The position numbers and the translations under genes were made by a program. 64,000 bases of DNA from Trichoplax adhaerens. Its lineage: Eukaryota; Animalia; Placozoa. The stretch spans positions 521,915-585,914 of the forward strand of contig NW_002060943.1 of the NCBI RefSeq assembly GCF_000150275.1, given 5' to 3'. Under the pieces are notes generated by a model that worked only from the letters and a program-made list of their open reading frames with translations, ran no database searches and was not told the DNA's origin. Positions 26,959 to 40,287 of this stretch are shown here, in pieces (the first letter of the stretch is position 1; each line of letters starts with the position of its first letter).

Positions 26959-29900
26959 ATGGATGAAGAAGAGCTACAGAAGAAGGAAATGGCTGATAGC
27001 GATGAATACGAAGATAGCGCTAGTGAAACATATAACGGCAAATCGATGCAGGATACGCGAAAATATTTCGATGATAGTAGCGATGATGATGATGAAAAGC
27101 AAGAGGAAAAATCGGGTAAGAAAGGACTCCATGCGATCATAAAGGAAAACGCAATCTTATACCTTCCTTGTTAGTGGTTACACATGCTCGTGCAGCTAGC
27201 CGAATAACTTAAATGACAGACATTTTCACATGTTGCAAAATTTCAACATGATGATGATCTGTGACAACGTTGAAAGATATTTCCTACCATGTAGTTTATA
27301 GAACCATGTCCCCCAAAATACAAACTTCATTTCGTTTTAGCCTTTGCGATATAACATACTATATACTGTAGTACACTTGTGATGCATTTTGATGGCTGCG
27401 CCATCATGGCAGGTGGATCCCGTAATTCAATAAAATCATCACGGCTAAAATTCGAATTTCAGCTATCATTCTAGTTACAATAGTCGGTAGTTATTAGCTT
27501 TGGAGAGAGTATACTCGTACTCCGATTTTCAAAAAGCCCACCAATGGATATGAATGTACCAAAGATGAACCGCTAGGCTACATTGCGATCATAACAGAGA
27601 ATCAATTTTTCCCTAGTACAGTACTAGAATGCTGCAAAGACCTCTACTATGACAACTCTACTATGCTCGTACTCGCACTCGTACTTTTCCTTAGAAAGAG
27701 AAACAGATGAAATGGTGAAGCCAGCAGTATTACCTTATAACGCGATCGTAGATCTGTAGATGACGATATCTTAACAAAGTCTTATATAATTTGACAGGTG
27801 CGGTGAAGAGCGAAAGCAGAAAATCCACGGATAATGCCACGTAATGATGACAGATATCACACATTAATCGATCTTGAGGCGCTGTAACATTAGAGTGATA
27901 ACATCTGTTTTATTGGTATCATTGATAGGCAAAATGCTGGCCATTTAATGGACGAAATCTTTGGATCGAGCGATGAAGAAGAGTTCGAGGTTGATACGGA
28001 TTAGTCTAATATAAATAATAATAGAGATGACCATGACACAATACTGTAGTTTGATCACTAGTTTAGGACGATAAGGAATAGCAAGTAAGATGTTTACAAA
28101 TGAATCTTGTCGATTATGGATAGTAGATGATCTAATCTTGTGCATCGATTATTAATTATTTTTAGGGCTTTCAAGATGGTGATGATAATTTCTTAGCGTC
28201 ATCTGGTCAGTATGAACAGCATTGCATTGTATTTAGAATCATTACTCCGTTTTAGTGCGCTTGTTTGGTATTCTTAAAATCAAACTCAATAGGGTGTTGA
28301 AACATGAATTGAATGTAGATGATAAAGAACTGCACAAGCATTTGAAGAAGATAAAAATGATGAGAAAATTGCCGAGGACGCTTATGAAAGGGATCGTGAA
28401 GATGATAAAGCTGACGATGACGATGATATTGCTTACCGTGAGGATGAATTTCAGGAAGGAGATGATGAAGGAGACCAAATTCAAGATGTAGAAGATGAAG
28501 AAGCAAGATCTTTTTCCAAGTAAATTAATAAACAATTAGGCAGCCCTTAGATGATGATCAGTTTGAAAATATGATATATAAAAATCTTCAAAGATCAATT
28601 TGTTTAATATCTTAAGTAGTTACTTTTGAAAGGTGATCCGTTTATACCAAGTTTAAGAATGAGTTTCAGCTGTGCGCAACATATTACGGCCAAATATTTC
28701 AGTGGCGATAACGTATCACTACCCAATAATTGTTTGTTATTGATCGGAAGTGCTTGACTTTTAATGTAATATTTACTGTTCTTGATACCGTTACCTTAGC
28801 ATCATAATATCTGAAATAGCGTAAGCAATGATTCTTTCAGTAAATCACCAAATTTAAATTATACCCTAGTGATTTCACTACTTAACATAGTATTCGCCTT
28901 CATCACGAAGTTACGATAAAACTTGTCACAAATATCGTACATTCATTACACGGATGTACGTGATATGAAATTATGATGCTTTCACTCCCAGTTAAAATGT
29001 ATCGATAGCTACTAAATAATATTGTCTACAAAATGGGTTTCTATATTGAACTTATTAAGATTAAGAATTGCTTTATTTGTCATTACAGTCAAACTTCTAT
29101 GACCGATTTTGAAATTATGATAGAAAAGAAAAAAAGGGTATGGGCTGCCAAATGATATAATTGTTTAGCTTGTAATCACTTTTGTAATACTAGCGACTGA
29201 AAATGGTTTGATTTACAGATGAATAAAAAAGGAAGAAGAAGAAATGAGGTACTTGAAACAATACCATTTACATGTAATATTCTATACGCATTAGGCTTAA
29301 TATCAGAGATAAAGCATATGATTTATATTTATTTATTTAGGATGAAGATTTAACAGGCTTTGATGACAAGGTTAAAGCTGTTGTTATAGAAATGCATGAA
29401 ATTGCAAAAGTAAGGATTTCAAGAAACATCTTTTCGTGTTAATGCCCTTTTAGCTTGGTTGAATAAGTTTCATGAACAAAATTTAATGTCATTACTTGTA
29501 AACTTTGGATTGCATCTAATAGAAAGATAGACATTTAAACAAAAAGGGCGAGGCTGCGATCAACAAATTAAAACATTTGAGTGCTGTCACAGAAGATCTA
29601 AAAAAGTTTGTAATTGCTTAAAGCATTTACTGCAATGTTTGCATTACTGTATGCAGAATGATTTATAGATACTATTAAACTTTTTGTTTCTCTGTGGTTA
29701 GGCTTGAACTTTTGAGCTATTTCTTAGAAAATGGTATACTAACTGCCATATCGGTTAGCTATTTTTCTATTTGATTTGATTGCGGTATATTCAAATAATC
29801 ATGTCATATCTTTAAAATAATCATAGGATTGGCTATCACCACTTCCGGATAGGTCATTGCCGAATGTTAAGATACGTTATGAAATGCTGCGGATTCTAGA

Positions 29901-30898
29901 CAGTGTAAGTAGTTGTTGAAATTTTGATATCAACTTAACTTTAATTTTCTGTAGAGATGTCGACAATGCTTGAAATAATGAATGCATTTTCTTACTTTAG
30001 TTTCCTCCAATTGATACTGTGGCACTAAAAGAAAGTAAAATAGGAGGTGTAGTCAATTATTTGAGCAATCATCCAGAAGAAACAAAAGCCAACAGAGAGC
30101 TGGCAGATAAATTAATTAGTTAGTAATAAATGATCTATTAGCTAGAAGATCTCATTCTTATCGAGTTGATAAGGTTAGGATGTGACAAGAAATAATCATT
30201 GCTTATACTTACGATGATTGCACTCTGATTTAGAAAAATGGTCTCGTACTATATTTAACTTGTCCACGGACCTAAAGGCTCTTTATCGCGAAGAGCGAGC
30301 TAATCGATCCAGTGTAGTACGGTATGTTGATATTTGAAATTGCAATATAAAGTAAAAGTCTATTTTTGATAATTTTGCATTTTGATGATTTGAGCAAAGT
30401 TTATAACTCCGCATTTGTATATTAGAGACGAAAGGAAGAAACGACGTATTAGTACGGACGATAGCCAGGGCCGAATCAAGTATTTATGACACATTATTTC
30501 GTGCTTATTTGTCAAGTCATACTATAACTTTATACTTTTACAATACTAGACCTGGAGAACCAGGGTGGATCCAGCGTGCACGTGTACCTACTGCCTCTAC
30601 GACTGATTATTCTAATCGGCCATCATACAATGTGGAAATACCACTTAGTCGTAAGGTAAAGTTAAGTCAACATGACGATGTCAATTACCTTGAAAGACCG
30701 TTTGTTATGATGTGTTATTGTATTGAAGCTCAAATACTGAAAGTAATTATTACCCGGCATCTGATTTTTTAGCCATCGAAGAAAATCCTGAATCGCTATG
30801 AGAAGCAGTTACTGAAATTTAAAGACAAGCGTAGCAAATCGAAGCAAAATTATAAAAGTTTGCCTTTCAGTATCGAAGGAAGAAAGCTGTCAATATAA
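26959..30898 (+). CDS. IWS1: Transcription elongation factor IWS1/SPN1 (acidic N-terminus plus TFIIS N-terminal-like domain)
   Basis: Acidic start [19 protein letters not shown]. Spliced motifs: [98 protein letters not shown], and C-terminal [12 protein letters not shown] (30896-30898). Exon boundaries in the acidic N-terminal part are not fully resolved. Confidence 0.93.
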
Positions 30899-32543
30899 AT
30901 CTATCTGCACACGTATAACGTCTGTTGAGCGATGAGGGCATAACTCATAACTCAATCATTTATTGGTAGAACCGTTAGCATTACTGTAATTATTAATTAA
31001 TAATAGTTCAAATACTGTAAATTAAGAACGGTGCTCTAAAATATGGTACCTTTAAATAAAATTTTTTTTGAATAATAAAGTCGATCAGTGGTTTACTGTA
31101 AGGATGATTGTGATGTCTTCAATCATTTACAGTATTTGGCATTTCATTTAGGATTACAGGTAGGATATTTCGTCGGTTACGATTCTATTGCTAGACTTGA
31201 CAACTTGCTATTACACTAAAGTGAAGTTTATAGGAATAGAAATGCTAAACTGATGAATGGAAGGCTAAATGTGGTACTGAATAATTCCATGAATGTAACC
31301 TGTATCAATAATACCATCATTTTTAAAATTAAAGGTTATTACTAGCTTGTACTGCTATTATTAGTGATTTAGCCACTTTAGAGAGTGCTGTATGCCCTTG
31401 ACGTGAGGAAGCACGGCAAAAGAATAATAAAATCCCTGTATGTAAGCACAACTGGCGTAAAACACTTGTATCATTTACTGGTTATGATGCTGTTATCCAT
31501 GTATCAAATGCAGAGCGTTTTACGTCTCCAGCCAGTGAATATTATGCGTTGCATATTATACCTTGTTAGTCTATGGATGTGTATCGTTGTGAACTTTTCT
31601 TTTGTTATATGAGTGCCTTTATCATTGCTATTCCTAACGCGAGTACAGTAATCACACAATAAGTGTAAACTTGTAATAAATACTAGCTATTATAATCGAT
31701 CGATCTTATAATAGGAGTCGATCTATCTGCTGTAAGATACGATTACTCTTCCATCCATATCCAGCATAATAAATTGGCCATTATAATTTATTAGTTATAA
31801 TATCCAATATGGGCGTATTAGTACTACACGTTAACTTCAATCTCGCCATACAGTAGACCAATCTACAGTACATGACAGGATAGAGCACGGTTGGGCAAAT
31901 TTGAATATTTGTTGTATAAATATCGCTGTAGTTCAGATAGATTGCTCTATCGGTTGAAATGTATTACAATAATAAATTATCATGCAAATACTACAGCGCT
32001 GTACTATACTGTAGTGGTGGCGTGAGTGAAAGATCTTTATTGGTATTTATTGTACCCCGACACCCTAGAAATACTATACAGCAGGCCAACTCACAATGTA
32101 CAAAGTTAGAAGAGGTCAATTTCCGACCATTGCATATCATGCCAGACTACACTGTTGTTCATCTTTCCAAGTTTTGAGCTAGCTATGGTTTAACTTGAAT
32201 AGTTTTCAAGTAATTCATTACAAGCTTCTTTGGAGATTTTGAACATTCAGTTATGCTCAACAATTTTGCCATAACATTTAATATTCTATTATCAACAACG
32301 CTGTATGACATGATCCCATCAGGGAGACTGGGACGAGTACTGATGACCAATTGATTATTTTCACAATCAACTTTGACCCAATGTGCATGCAGTAGTGTAC
32401 ATCATTAAAACGTCTTTGTGTAGCCATAGACTACAGGGCTAGATTAAAAACCTTGTAGCATACAGAAGATCGGTCTACCTGATCTCAGCCTGGACATTTC
32501 TGTGCAGCGAGATCAGCATCCCGTCCTTCTCCTTCATTTCTTT

Positions 32544-33410
32544 AGTACTGTACACAGTATCTTTTAGTAGTCCCTGCCTGGAAGCTACTGCGCACTGACA
32601 GCCGTCGCTGCTTCCACTGTAGTTTGTACTGTACTGTATTAGAATACCTAGTACTGTAATCCATCCGATATCAACAATAGGATTGCACTGCTGACAACAC
32701 TAGTACAGTACTGTACAACTAGGGTGCTGTACTGTAGGTACAACACCAGTTAGTATACCGTACTGTACAGTCTACAGTAAGGAAATGTACTGTACTGTAC
32801 AGTACAGTACTGTACTGTAGAGATTGAAAAAACAGGACGTACAGTACTGTACAGTATTTTAGGAGTCCATGCCTGGATGCTACTGCGCACTGACAGCAGT
32901 CGCTACTCCAGTGTAGTTTGTACAGTACAGTACATGTGTATGGAGCACTGCTGACAACACTGGTACAGTGTACAGTACAGTGTTTCACCTACAGTACTGT
33001 ACTGTAGTCTTGCACTGTAGCACGGACTAGGAAAGAGGACTGGTTCAGCACTGTTTGGGCTCGAGTTTGCAGAAACTTCAGACTACAGTACTGTACTGTG
33101 TTTCACCTACTGTACTGTGGTCTTGCAATGTATCACAGACTGGGAAAAGCAATCAGGGCTAGTTCAGCAATGTTTGGGCTCGAGTTTGCAGAACTTCAGA
33201 CTACAGTACTGTACTGTGTTTCACCTACTGTGGTCTTGCAATGTATCACAGACTGGGAAAAGCAATCAGGACTGGTGCAGCAATGTTAGGGCTCCAATAA
33301 TTCAACACACCATTATACTGTACATACTGTACCGTACAGTACTATGTACCATACTACTGTAGTGTACAGTCAAAAGTATTCTGCAAGGCGTGGCTCTGTA
33401 CTGTAGTGCT
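32544..33410. repeat. CAGTA/TACTG island with local tandem duplications upstream of PEX19
   Basis: gcctgga.gctactgcgcactgacagc.gtcgct at about 32576 and 32870; cactgctgacaacact twice; an approximately 115-120 bp unit (gtgtttcacctac...gggctcgagtttgcaga..cttcagactacagtactgtact) about three times at 32980-33295. Confidence 0.9.
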
Positions 33411-33524
33411 GGCGTATCGTAGTGACTATCAGGCGACACCAGATCAATTGCTGCAGTTTACAACATCGATCGTTGTTGTTAGGAGATAGACAGTCGGAGA
33501 GTTGGACATTGCATTCTATCAAGC

Positions 33525-34042
33525 ATGGCTTCATCGGAAAGGACCAATGTAGTCGATCAAAGTAAAACAGACGAAGATCCTGAGTTAGACAGCTTGCTGG
33601 ATAGTAAGTCAATAGCTTCTACTTAGTGTACGATGTTATCCATTGGATGGATTGAATTGAAAATGGTGCAGAGTTTCACATCATTATCGTTCTGGCAAAG
33701 CGTTAATCTAATCTAGTTGTGCTATTCTACCAATGTTGTTCTCATCAATACTTGATATCAATCTGTGTCCTAGGCGCTTTACAAGACTTTGATAGCTTCA
33801 ATATTGACAATACACCCGAGAAAGGACAAACCAATCAAATACGAGGTGTCGATGCTAGCGATACAAGCACGCCAGCATCAGCTGCAACCATGCTTGAGCA
33901 AGGTAACATGATGCAAGGTGAGATGCAAAATTGGAATACTGCACTAAATGATCAGATGATGGCTGAAATGGAAAAAGTCATGCAAGAGATCATGTCAAGT
34001 GAAGAAGGGAAGAAACTCATGTCAAATCTGGAAGGCATGGCA
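33525..34042 (+). CDS. PEX19: Peroxisomal biogenesis factor PEX19, 5' part only (truncated by gap)
   Basis: Exon 1 33525-33603 and exon 2 from 33774 splice to MASSERTNVVDQSKTDEDPELDSLLDSALQDFDSF, matching the PEX3-binding N-terminal motif ELxxLLxSALxDF. A Met-rich helical region (MMAEMEKVMQEIM) follows and stays open up to the Ns. Confidence 0.85.
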
Positions 34043-34092
34043 NNNNNNNNNNNNNNNNNNNNNNNNNNNNNNNNNNNNNNNNNNNNNNNNNN
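34043..34092. other. Assembly gap (50 N)
   Basis: Run of N interrupting the PEX19 exon. Confidence 1.
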
Positions 34093-37000
34093 TTTTCGTG
34101 CTGCAGCTCATATTTAGCACGCTAAGAAAAATCAAATGACATGGATTACAAGTATGGGCAGAAATTAATAAAAATTACTGCATTAAAGCAGATTATGATG
34201 ACAGTTCTTGACACTCAGCCTTAACTACAGTGTTCCAGATTGTTTATGATTATAAAATATATTATATTAGTATAGATGCTGTTCAAGCATAAATGATTAA
34301 TGATTGTAAAATTAATCATTGTAATTTAAGTATAGCTATAAGCGCGTACTTGCACTGTATAAGAATTCATATCTGACAGGAAAAAAATGTTAATTCATAG
34401 AATGTAGAATTTAATTTTGATACATTAAAATAGTCTATATCTTACGATAGTATTTCTAGATACTCTCCATAAACGTAATGTAATCGTGGATTTGAAATAA
34501 GACTTTAATAAAATCTCTTGCTAGGAATAAGTAAAGCTGCTCTACTTTTGTACACTTCAAATGAAAACGATTAAAGTGTATCGATTACTAAACCGTAAAC
34601 GTAGTATTATCCTTAAATAGATTATCAAGAAATAAAACCAGTTTTTATGCTATAATAATAATATCAATAGTCATAATAATAGAGATTATTGATCATTAGG
34701 AGGAACCGCCTCGAGATAGTTGTATTATATTAATGCTATTGATGTTGTAAACATTAATCAAATATCGTATACTGAATAGTAATCCCGATAGATGAGAATG
34801 ACAGCGTCTTTGCAAATGAATTCGAGGCTATCGTTTGCAATAGTTCATTTAGCGTTCCTAGAGTAACTGAGTAAACTAAGCTAGGTAAATACCATTGCCT
34901 TAACTACCAATTAACAGTGATTATATATATGAAGAGTTAATAAAACGTATGCTCATATTCTTGTGTATGAGTATGAGTACTGTAGTATAATAAAGCTATA
35001 AATAATGATTTGAATTTATTTCGGAAATGCCCCTACGTGGATTTACATTAAGTCATGATGTTTCGTTATAATAAACCCTATAAAATAAAACATATTCAAT
35101 AGAAGGTATGTTAGAGTGCTGATATAGACTAGAATGACAATGCCATTGCAGTCGGAAGGCGACAACGATGACGATGTTGTGATTTAATTAGAGATGGTTT
35201 TCATAAAGTAGACATGAATGCGTGCTTGTATTATGCGAAATGTTCTCGTAGAAATTAGTTACATAGCGTGATTCTTTAGGGCTATTATTACTTCAGGTCA
35301 TTATTTACTTTATCGATTATTGCAATTATTTGTATCGTTTATATTTATTTTGGAATGTTACTACTATAATTGATCGCGACAGACCATCGCGAAAGGTCTA
35401 AATATGTAGCGAAAAGCATGCATTGAGAGAAATTAATTATACATGTTTTCGTAATACTGTAATGTATGAAACAATACTATTAATAGGAAAATCATCAAAG
35501 TTGATTTTTTTACCCCAATGTATCGATGCACCAAATTGCCAGAAACGATATTGAAATGGTATTTAAATCTAGCAATAAAATATTTATCAAGTCCTATAAT
35601 AACTTAGCTAGCGGATGATATTGATTTCTACAAATGTTAATAGTACATGGAATAAATTCACTTTATTATTGGCTAAGATTGAAAGTATATGAAATATGGC
35701 ATAGCAAAAGACCATCTTGCTATAACTAAAGTATGATTCAATTAAGCATGCAGAAAATAAATTGTATCTTCTCATATCTGCATGATATGAAATTTCTCTA
35801 AAGACATTATTACAACACAATGATTCTTTGTAACGGTTACAATTCGAAATACATACGCTATAGCTGTGTCCAGAAAGTGATATTCAACTCATGTATCTCT
35901 AAAGAAGAATGCTAATTACTACCTGACATTTGCTATTCAAAATCCGCTGTAGATTCCAGAATGTATTGAATAATTATATCGCGTATACTCAATAGACAAA
36001 TCAGAAATCGTACAGTGAGCTTTGGCATTTATAACATTTCTTACTAGTGAATAATGTAATAAAACTATGACCTTGAATCCTGATACTATAAGGTATTATT
36101 CTAGCTTAGAAATGAATCTAGATCAGTGGTGTAGTCATTTCATATTTACGTTTAATTGAATATGTTCATAATCTTAACACCAATAAAGACATCAAAGTAG
36201 GTAGCTGATAGATAGAGAAATTGGTATCGAAATTTTGGCCTACTGCTACATAATAACGATCCTGTACTATTGATGAACGTTCTTGAACAATATATATTAA
36301 TGACACAATATATCCTAAGCGTTCCTTATAGTTGTACCAAATAAAGAAGGATACAATATCTACTGATAATTTAGTAACTATTGATTAGAAATCGCAGAAG
36401 AGCAATCAAAAAAGAGTATTTTCGAAAATAAAAGTTCCTGACTGTAATTATTGCTGTTGTTGTGATATTCTGTATTCATAACGTAATCATATATTATAAG
36501 AATCAATCCTAAAGACAATAGCTATCAACACTATGTTTTCAACTGGATAAATTGTAAACTTGAAGAATAGTAAACAAATTTTTTGAATCATTCGTATTTA
36601 AAGATGACTTGTGCCGATTCCAGCCAACATAGGATACCATTTGGCATCAATTTCCAAAATGAACGAAGATAACTGCTTTCGTAATCCATTTCTTGTTATT
36701 TTTATATCCAAGATCTATCATTAATAAATGATTCTATGCATTCCGTACGTAGAGTGCATAATTATTACACTATATAGTATCGTTCATGGAAAAGACATCG
36801 ATCATTCAACGATGGATTAGAGACTTGAAAATGAACAGGTTGCGCTATTTTGTATGGCTAATCAATCCATTTCTTCTTTCTTTACTCAATTATTTCGTTT
36901 GAGCTATACTAACATCGAGTTTATAAAGTCTACAAGATGGCATCATTCAAGTTTAGATTAGTTGTCAGGTTGTTTTGATTGAATAGATTTATACAAAGAT

Positions 37001-37798
37001 GAACTTCTACTATTTTTTGTCATTATTTGATTTATTAAATTGATGGTAGTATTTTTAATTGGTAATACAATATAAATCGATATTGAATTGTATGTATTGT
37101 TGAATAGAAAAGATGTCAAATCAATTTTTCTCATTCAACTGATTGATCATGAACAATGAAATAGGTGGAGCTGGTAATATTTTTTTTTCATTTGATACTT
37201 TGCTGTTTAATATGGATTGATTGAATTGAACAGTACATTTATTAGACCAATCATCGTAGTTGAGAGATCGATACTCGTTAAACTAGAATTGTTCATCATA
37301 ATACTAATCAAGTAAGATCGACGTAAGCTTGGCCTTGTTTTATCATAACGTCTGTAAATATCAATTAATCAATCAATTTGACTAGATAAGGATTGTTGAT
37401 ATTGTCTTTTTATCTGTCTATCTAGCAGTCTGTTGATAAAGAACAATTTAATTAAGTTAACAAGATAGTATTGATATAAAGTTAATAGGCATAAAGTAGC
37501 TTAGTCTTGTTAGCTACGTCCTTCTTTTTATACTCATCGATCGATAATAATTCAAGTCAATTCGTTGGCATTCCATGCTGATATTATCAATATAATTAAT
37601 CAGTTAACTTATTCATTTTTATTCAAGGTTGGTTAGCGTAGGTAAATGATTCAATTTCAATATTTTCCTAGAAATTATGTTGAACTAATCGTTGAGTTTC
37701 ATCATTGAATATACACTATTTCTATGCTTCGATGGAAAAGCTTGGATGCAGAATTACACATTGATAAAGTGTCCTAAAGGGTGGGAAAGAAATAACGA

Positions 37799-37830
37799 TA
37801 GAAAGAAAGAGAGAGAGAGAGGGAGGAGAG
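37799..37830. repeat. GA-rich microsatellite
   Basis: gaaagaaagagagagagagagggaggagag. Confidence 0.8.
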
Positions 37831-40287
37831 CGTGCGTATTGATGAGTGCAAAGACACTGATTAAATAATCTAAGGTAAGGAATTACACCGTCTTCTATCA
37901 TCGATTAGCAAGACTCCATGTAACCCTATTACTCTTATTGATATCATTTCCATCAGGATAAAGTAACAATCAAATAGAAATATTCCACTTCAATGATATT
38001 GAATTTTCTACCAGTTAATGATGTAGTAATAGTTTTGCTATTTTTTTAATCGATGTAGAAAATCAAATAATCATTGATCCTAGTATTACAACATTATCAT
38101 CACGAATATTGCCAAGAAAGAAAAAAAGGGGGAAAAAAGAAAGAAGAAACATTTATTGTTTCTACCAACATTGGCGATGGTAAGTTGATTCATAAATAGA
38201 ATAAGAGAATTCCAATTTTTTTGACTTCTCCGCTTAATTACTAGTAATATTACACTTTTTTGGGAAATCATTTGCACTATTGACAAAAGTTAATGATGAT
38301 ACATATAGTTTTTCTCAATGTTGATTTTAGACCATAGTTATCATGTTAAAATCAGTAACCCCTTTAAATTACTTTTTTCCCCTTTTTCAAGAAATCATCT
38401 TTTTACCTATCTAGTGATTTTTTTCCTTTTAATTCTATATATCCATCACCCATCGTATTGATTATATTCCTCAATAGCGAACATGTGATAGTAGTCGTTG
38501 GGACATTAATGCTTTAAATCGCGTTTGATGCTATTTAAGCCAGAGAAGTGATTTTCAGTTAAGTCATCTTGAATAGTTACCTCTATTTATAGAATAGGTT
38601 TTCCTTTCAATCTATCATTCACGACCTCAAAAGCGTTAGCTATCTGCTAATTAATATTAAATTTTTATGATTAAAAATTACCCCTGGTGGCTATTTAAGT
38701 TTGACGAGTTGATGTCAGAAAAATAGATTCTTTACCGTTGATCAACAGTGCTTAAAGGATTGGAATTAGAAAAAGACAGATGGCAGTATTTAACATTGAT
38801 ATTGTTAACGCTTTTAAATGCTACTTGTTTCAAATTAGAATTAATCTATTCTTTAGCCATAATATTAACAAATTGGATGGATCGGCGCTGGCAAATAGCG
38901 ATAGAGCAATTTAATGCTAGCGACTCCCTACTGTCTAGTTTTCAATTGTATTAAAAATAAACTTCATACAGAAAGGAACTTCCATTTGAAGATGTGGTGT
39001 AAACATACTGCTAATTTATATTATATATTCCATAACAGCGTTTTCTTTACTTATCCGATCGAGATGACGCTCTACTACTTGTTCATTAGAAAAAATAAGT
39101 TCTAGTTGCCGTTTAGTTGATGTAGATTAAGGTAGTGTCAAAACTTCCACCTTTATTAATTCTAAGAAAAGCAACAAGATATTTCAAAATTAATGTGAAA
39201 AAGTAAATGTTATGGAACATTTACTTCATTATTACAGGATGAAGAATTCATGACTGCTATGAAAAGGAATTCTGATCTTATTAACTTGATATTTATGTTT
39301 TGTACTCGACGGCGACATTAGCAACCATAGAGCAAATCGAGACCCCATTCCATGCAGGCATAACATTAGTCAATATTCCAATTTTATACACACGGCTAAT
39401 TCATTTTTCCTGCTTATTTATTCTAAATACTTACGGACGCCATTCACCTAATTTTGATTATCATCAACTGTCAAATTATTAAATAGGTGTTAAATAGAAA
39501 GGGCATCTAAAATGATCAGCTGGGCAGGGCGGTATATTTCGTTCACTTTATTTTATTCCATGTGAAAAGGAATCTACGCGTATGTAGAGACAGCATTCTT
39601 GCTAGATACCGTCAGAATTCTGTATTCTTTGCAATTTTTATCGACCACCTGTGTTCTACGGGTAGTTTTCATGGCATGTACATTATTGATAACGGCTAAA
39701 ACTTCGAGACAAATTAAATGCTCATTTTTCTCCAGTAAAGGTTAGTCATGATATGGGAACTTGCATAGTTTAATTGATCCTCTTTATTTCTCAACTGGTT
39801 TGATAGTCATGGCGTTCATGATTATCTTGGTAGAATCATTGACTGATCTGTTCATAGTCTGTTAGAATCCGTTGAAAATTTCTACACATTTAAAACTGAC
39901 ATTTACTCTTGACATATCATGGTTTCTTGCGCTTACTCTATGCTAAGTTAATCATGACAATAAATTGAATATCAGTAACCGATAGTGATGATTGATTCGT
40001 TCTATGGCTTGGAAAAATTCTGAAATAAAATTTACTTTTCAAAGATAGGCTTGCTAAAATGATCAAGAAAAATCTTGTATATTACTAGTACTGTGGATGT
40101 AGATGTTTCAGTTTTTGCTATTCGTCTCTTTACACATTTATTACTTTAGTTTAGATTTTCTGGTTCTATCTCGAAGATAAGAGTCTTTAGGTAAAATAAA
40201 CTTGTTGTTTATTCAGGCTTCTATGTTCGCTCTTTCCAATATTGTATCGAGAAGCAATGTTCTATTTTATTAGATGTAGCGCAGGAT

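Noticed and set aside
28242-28535. Overlapping hydrophobic ORFs (also 26943-27140, 52072-53781, 63303-63905 on the minus strand)
   Set aside because: Antisense or off-frame shadows of acidic and Ser-rich coding exons.
39238-39321. Exon-like segment DEEFMTAMKRNSDLI as a PEX19 continuation
   Set aside because: Only vague similarity, 5 kb from the rest of the gene, and no following PEX19 C-terminal exons.
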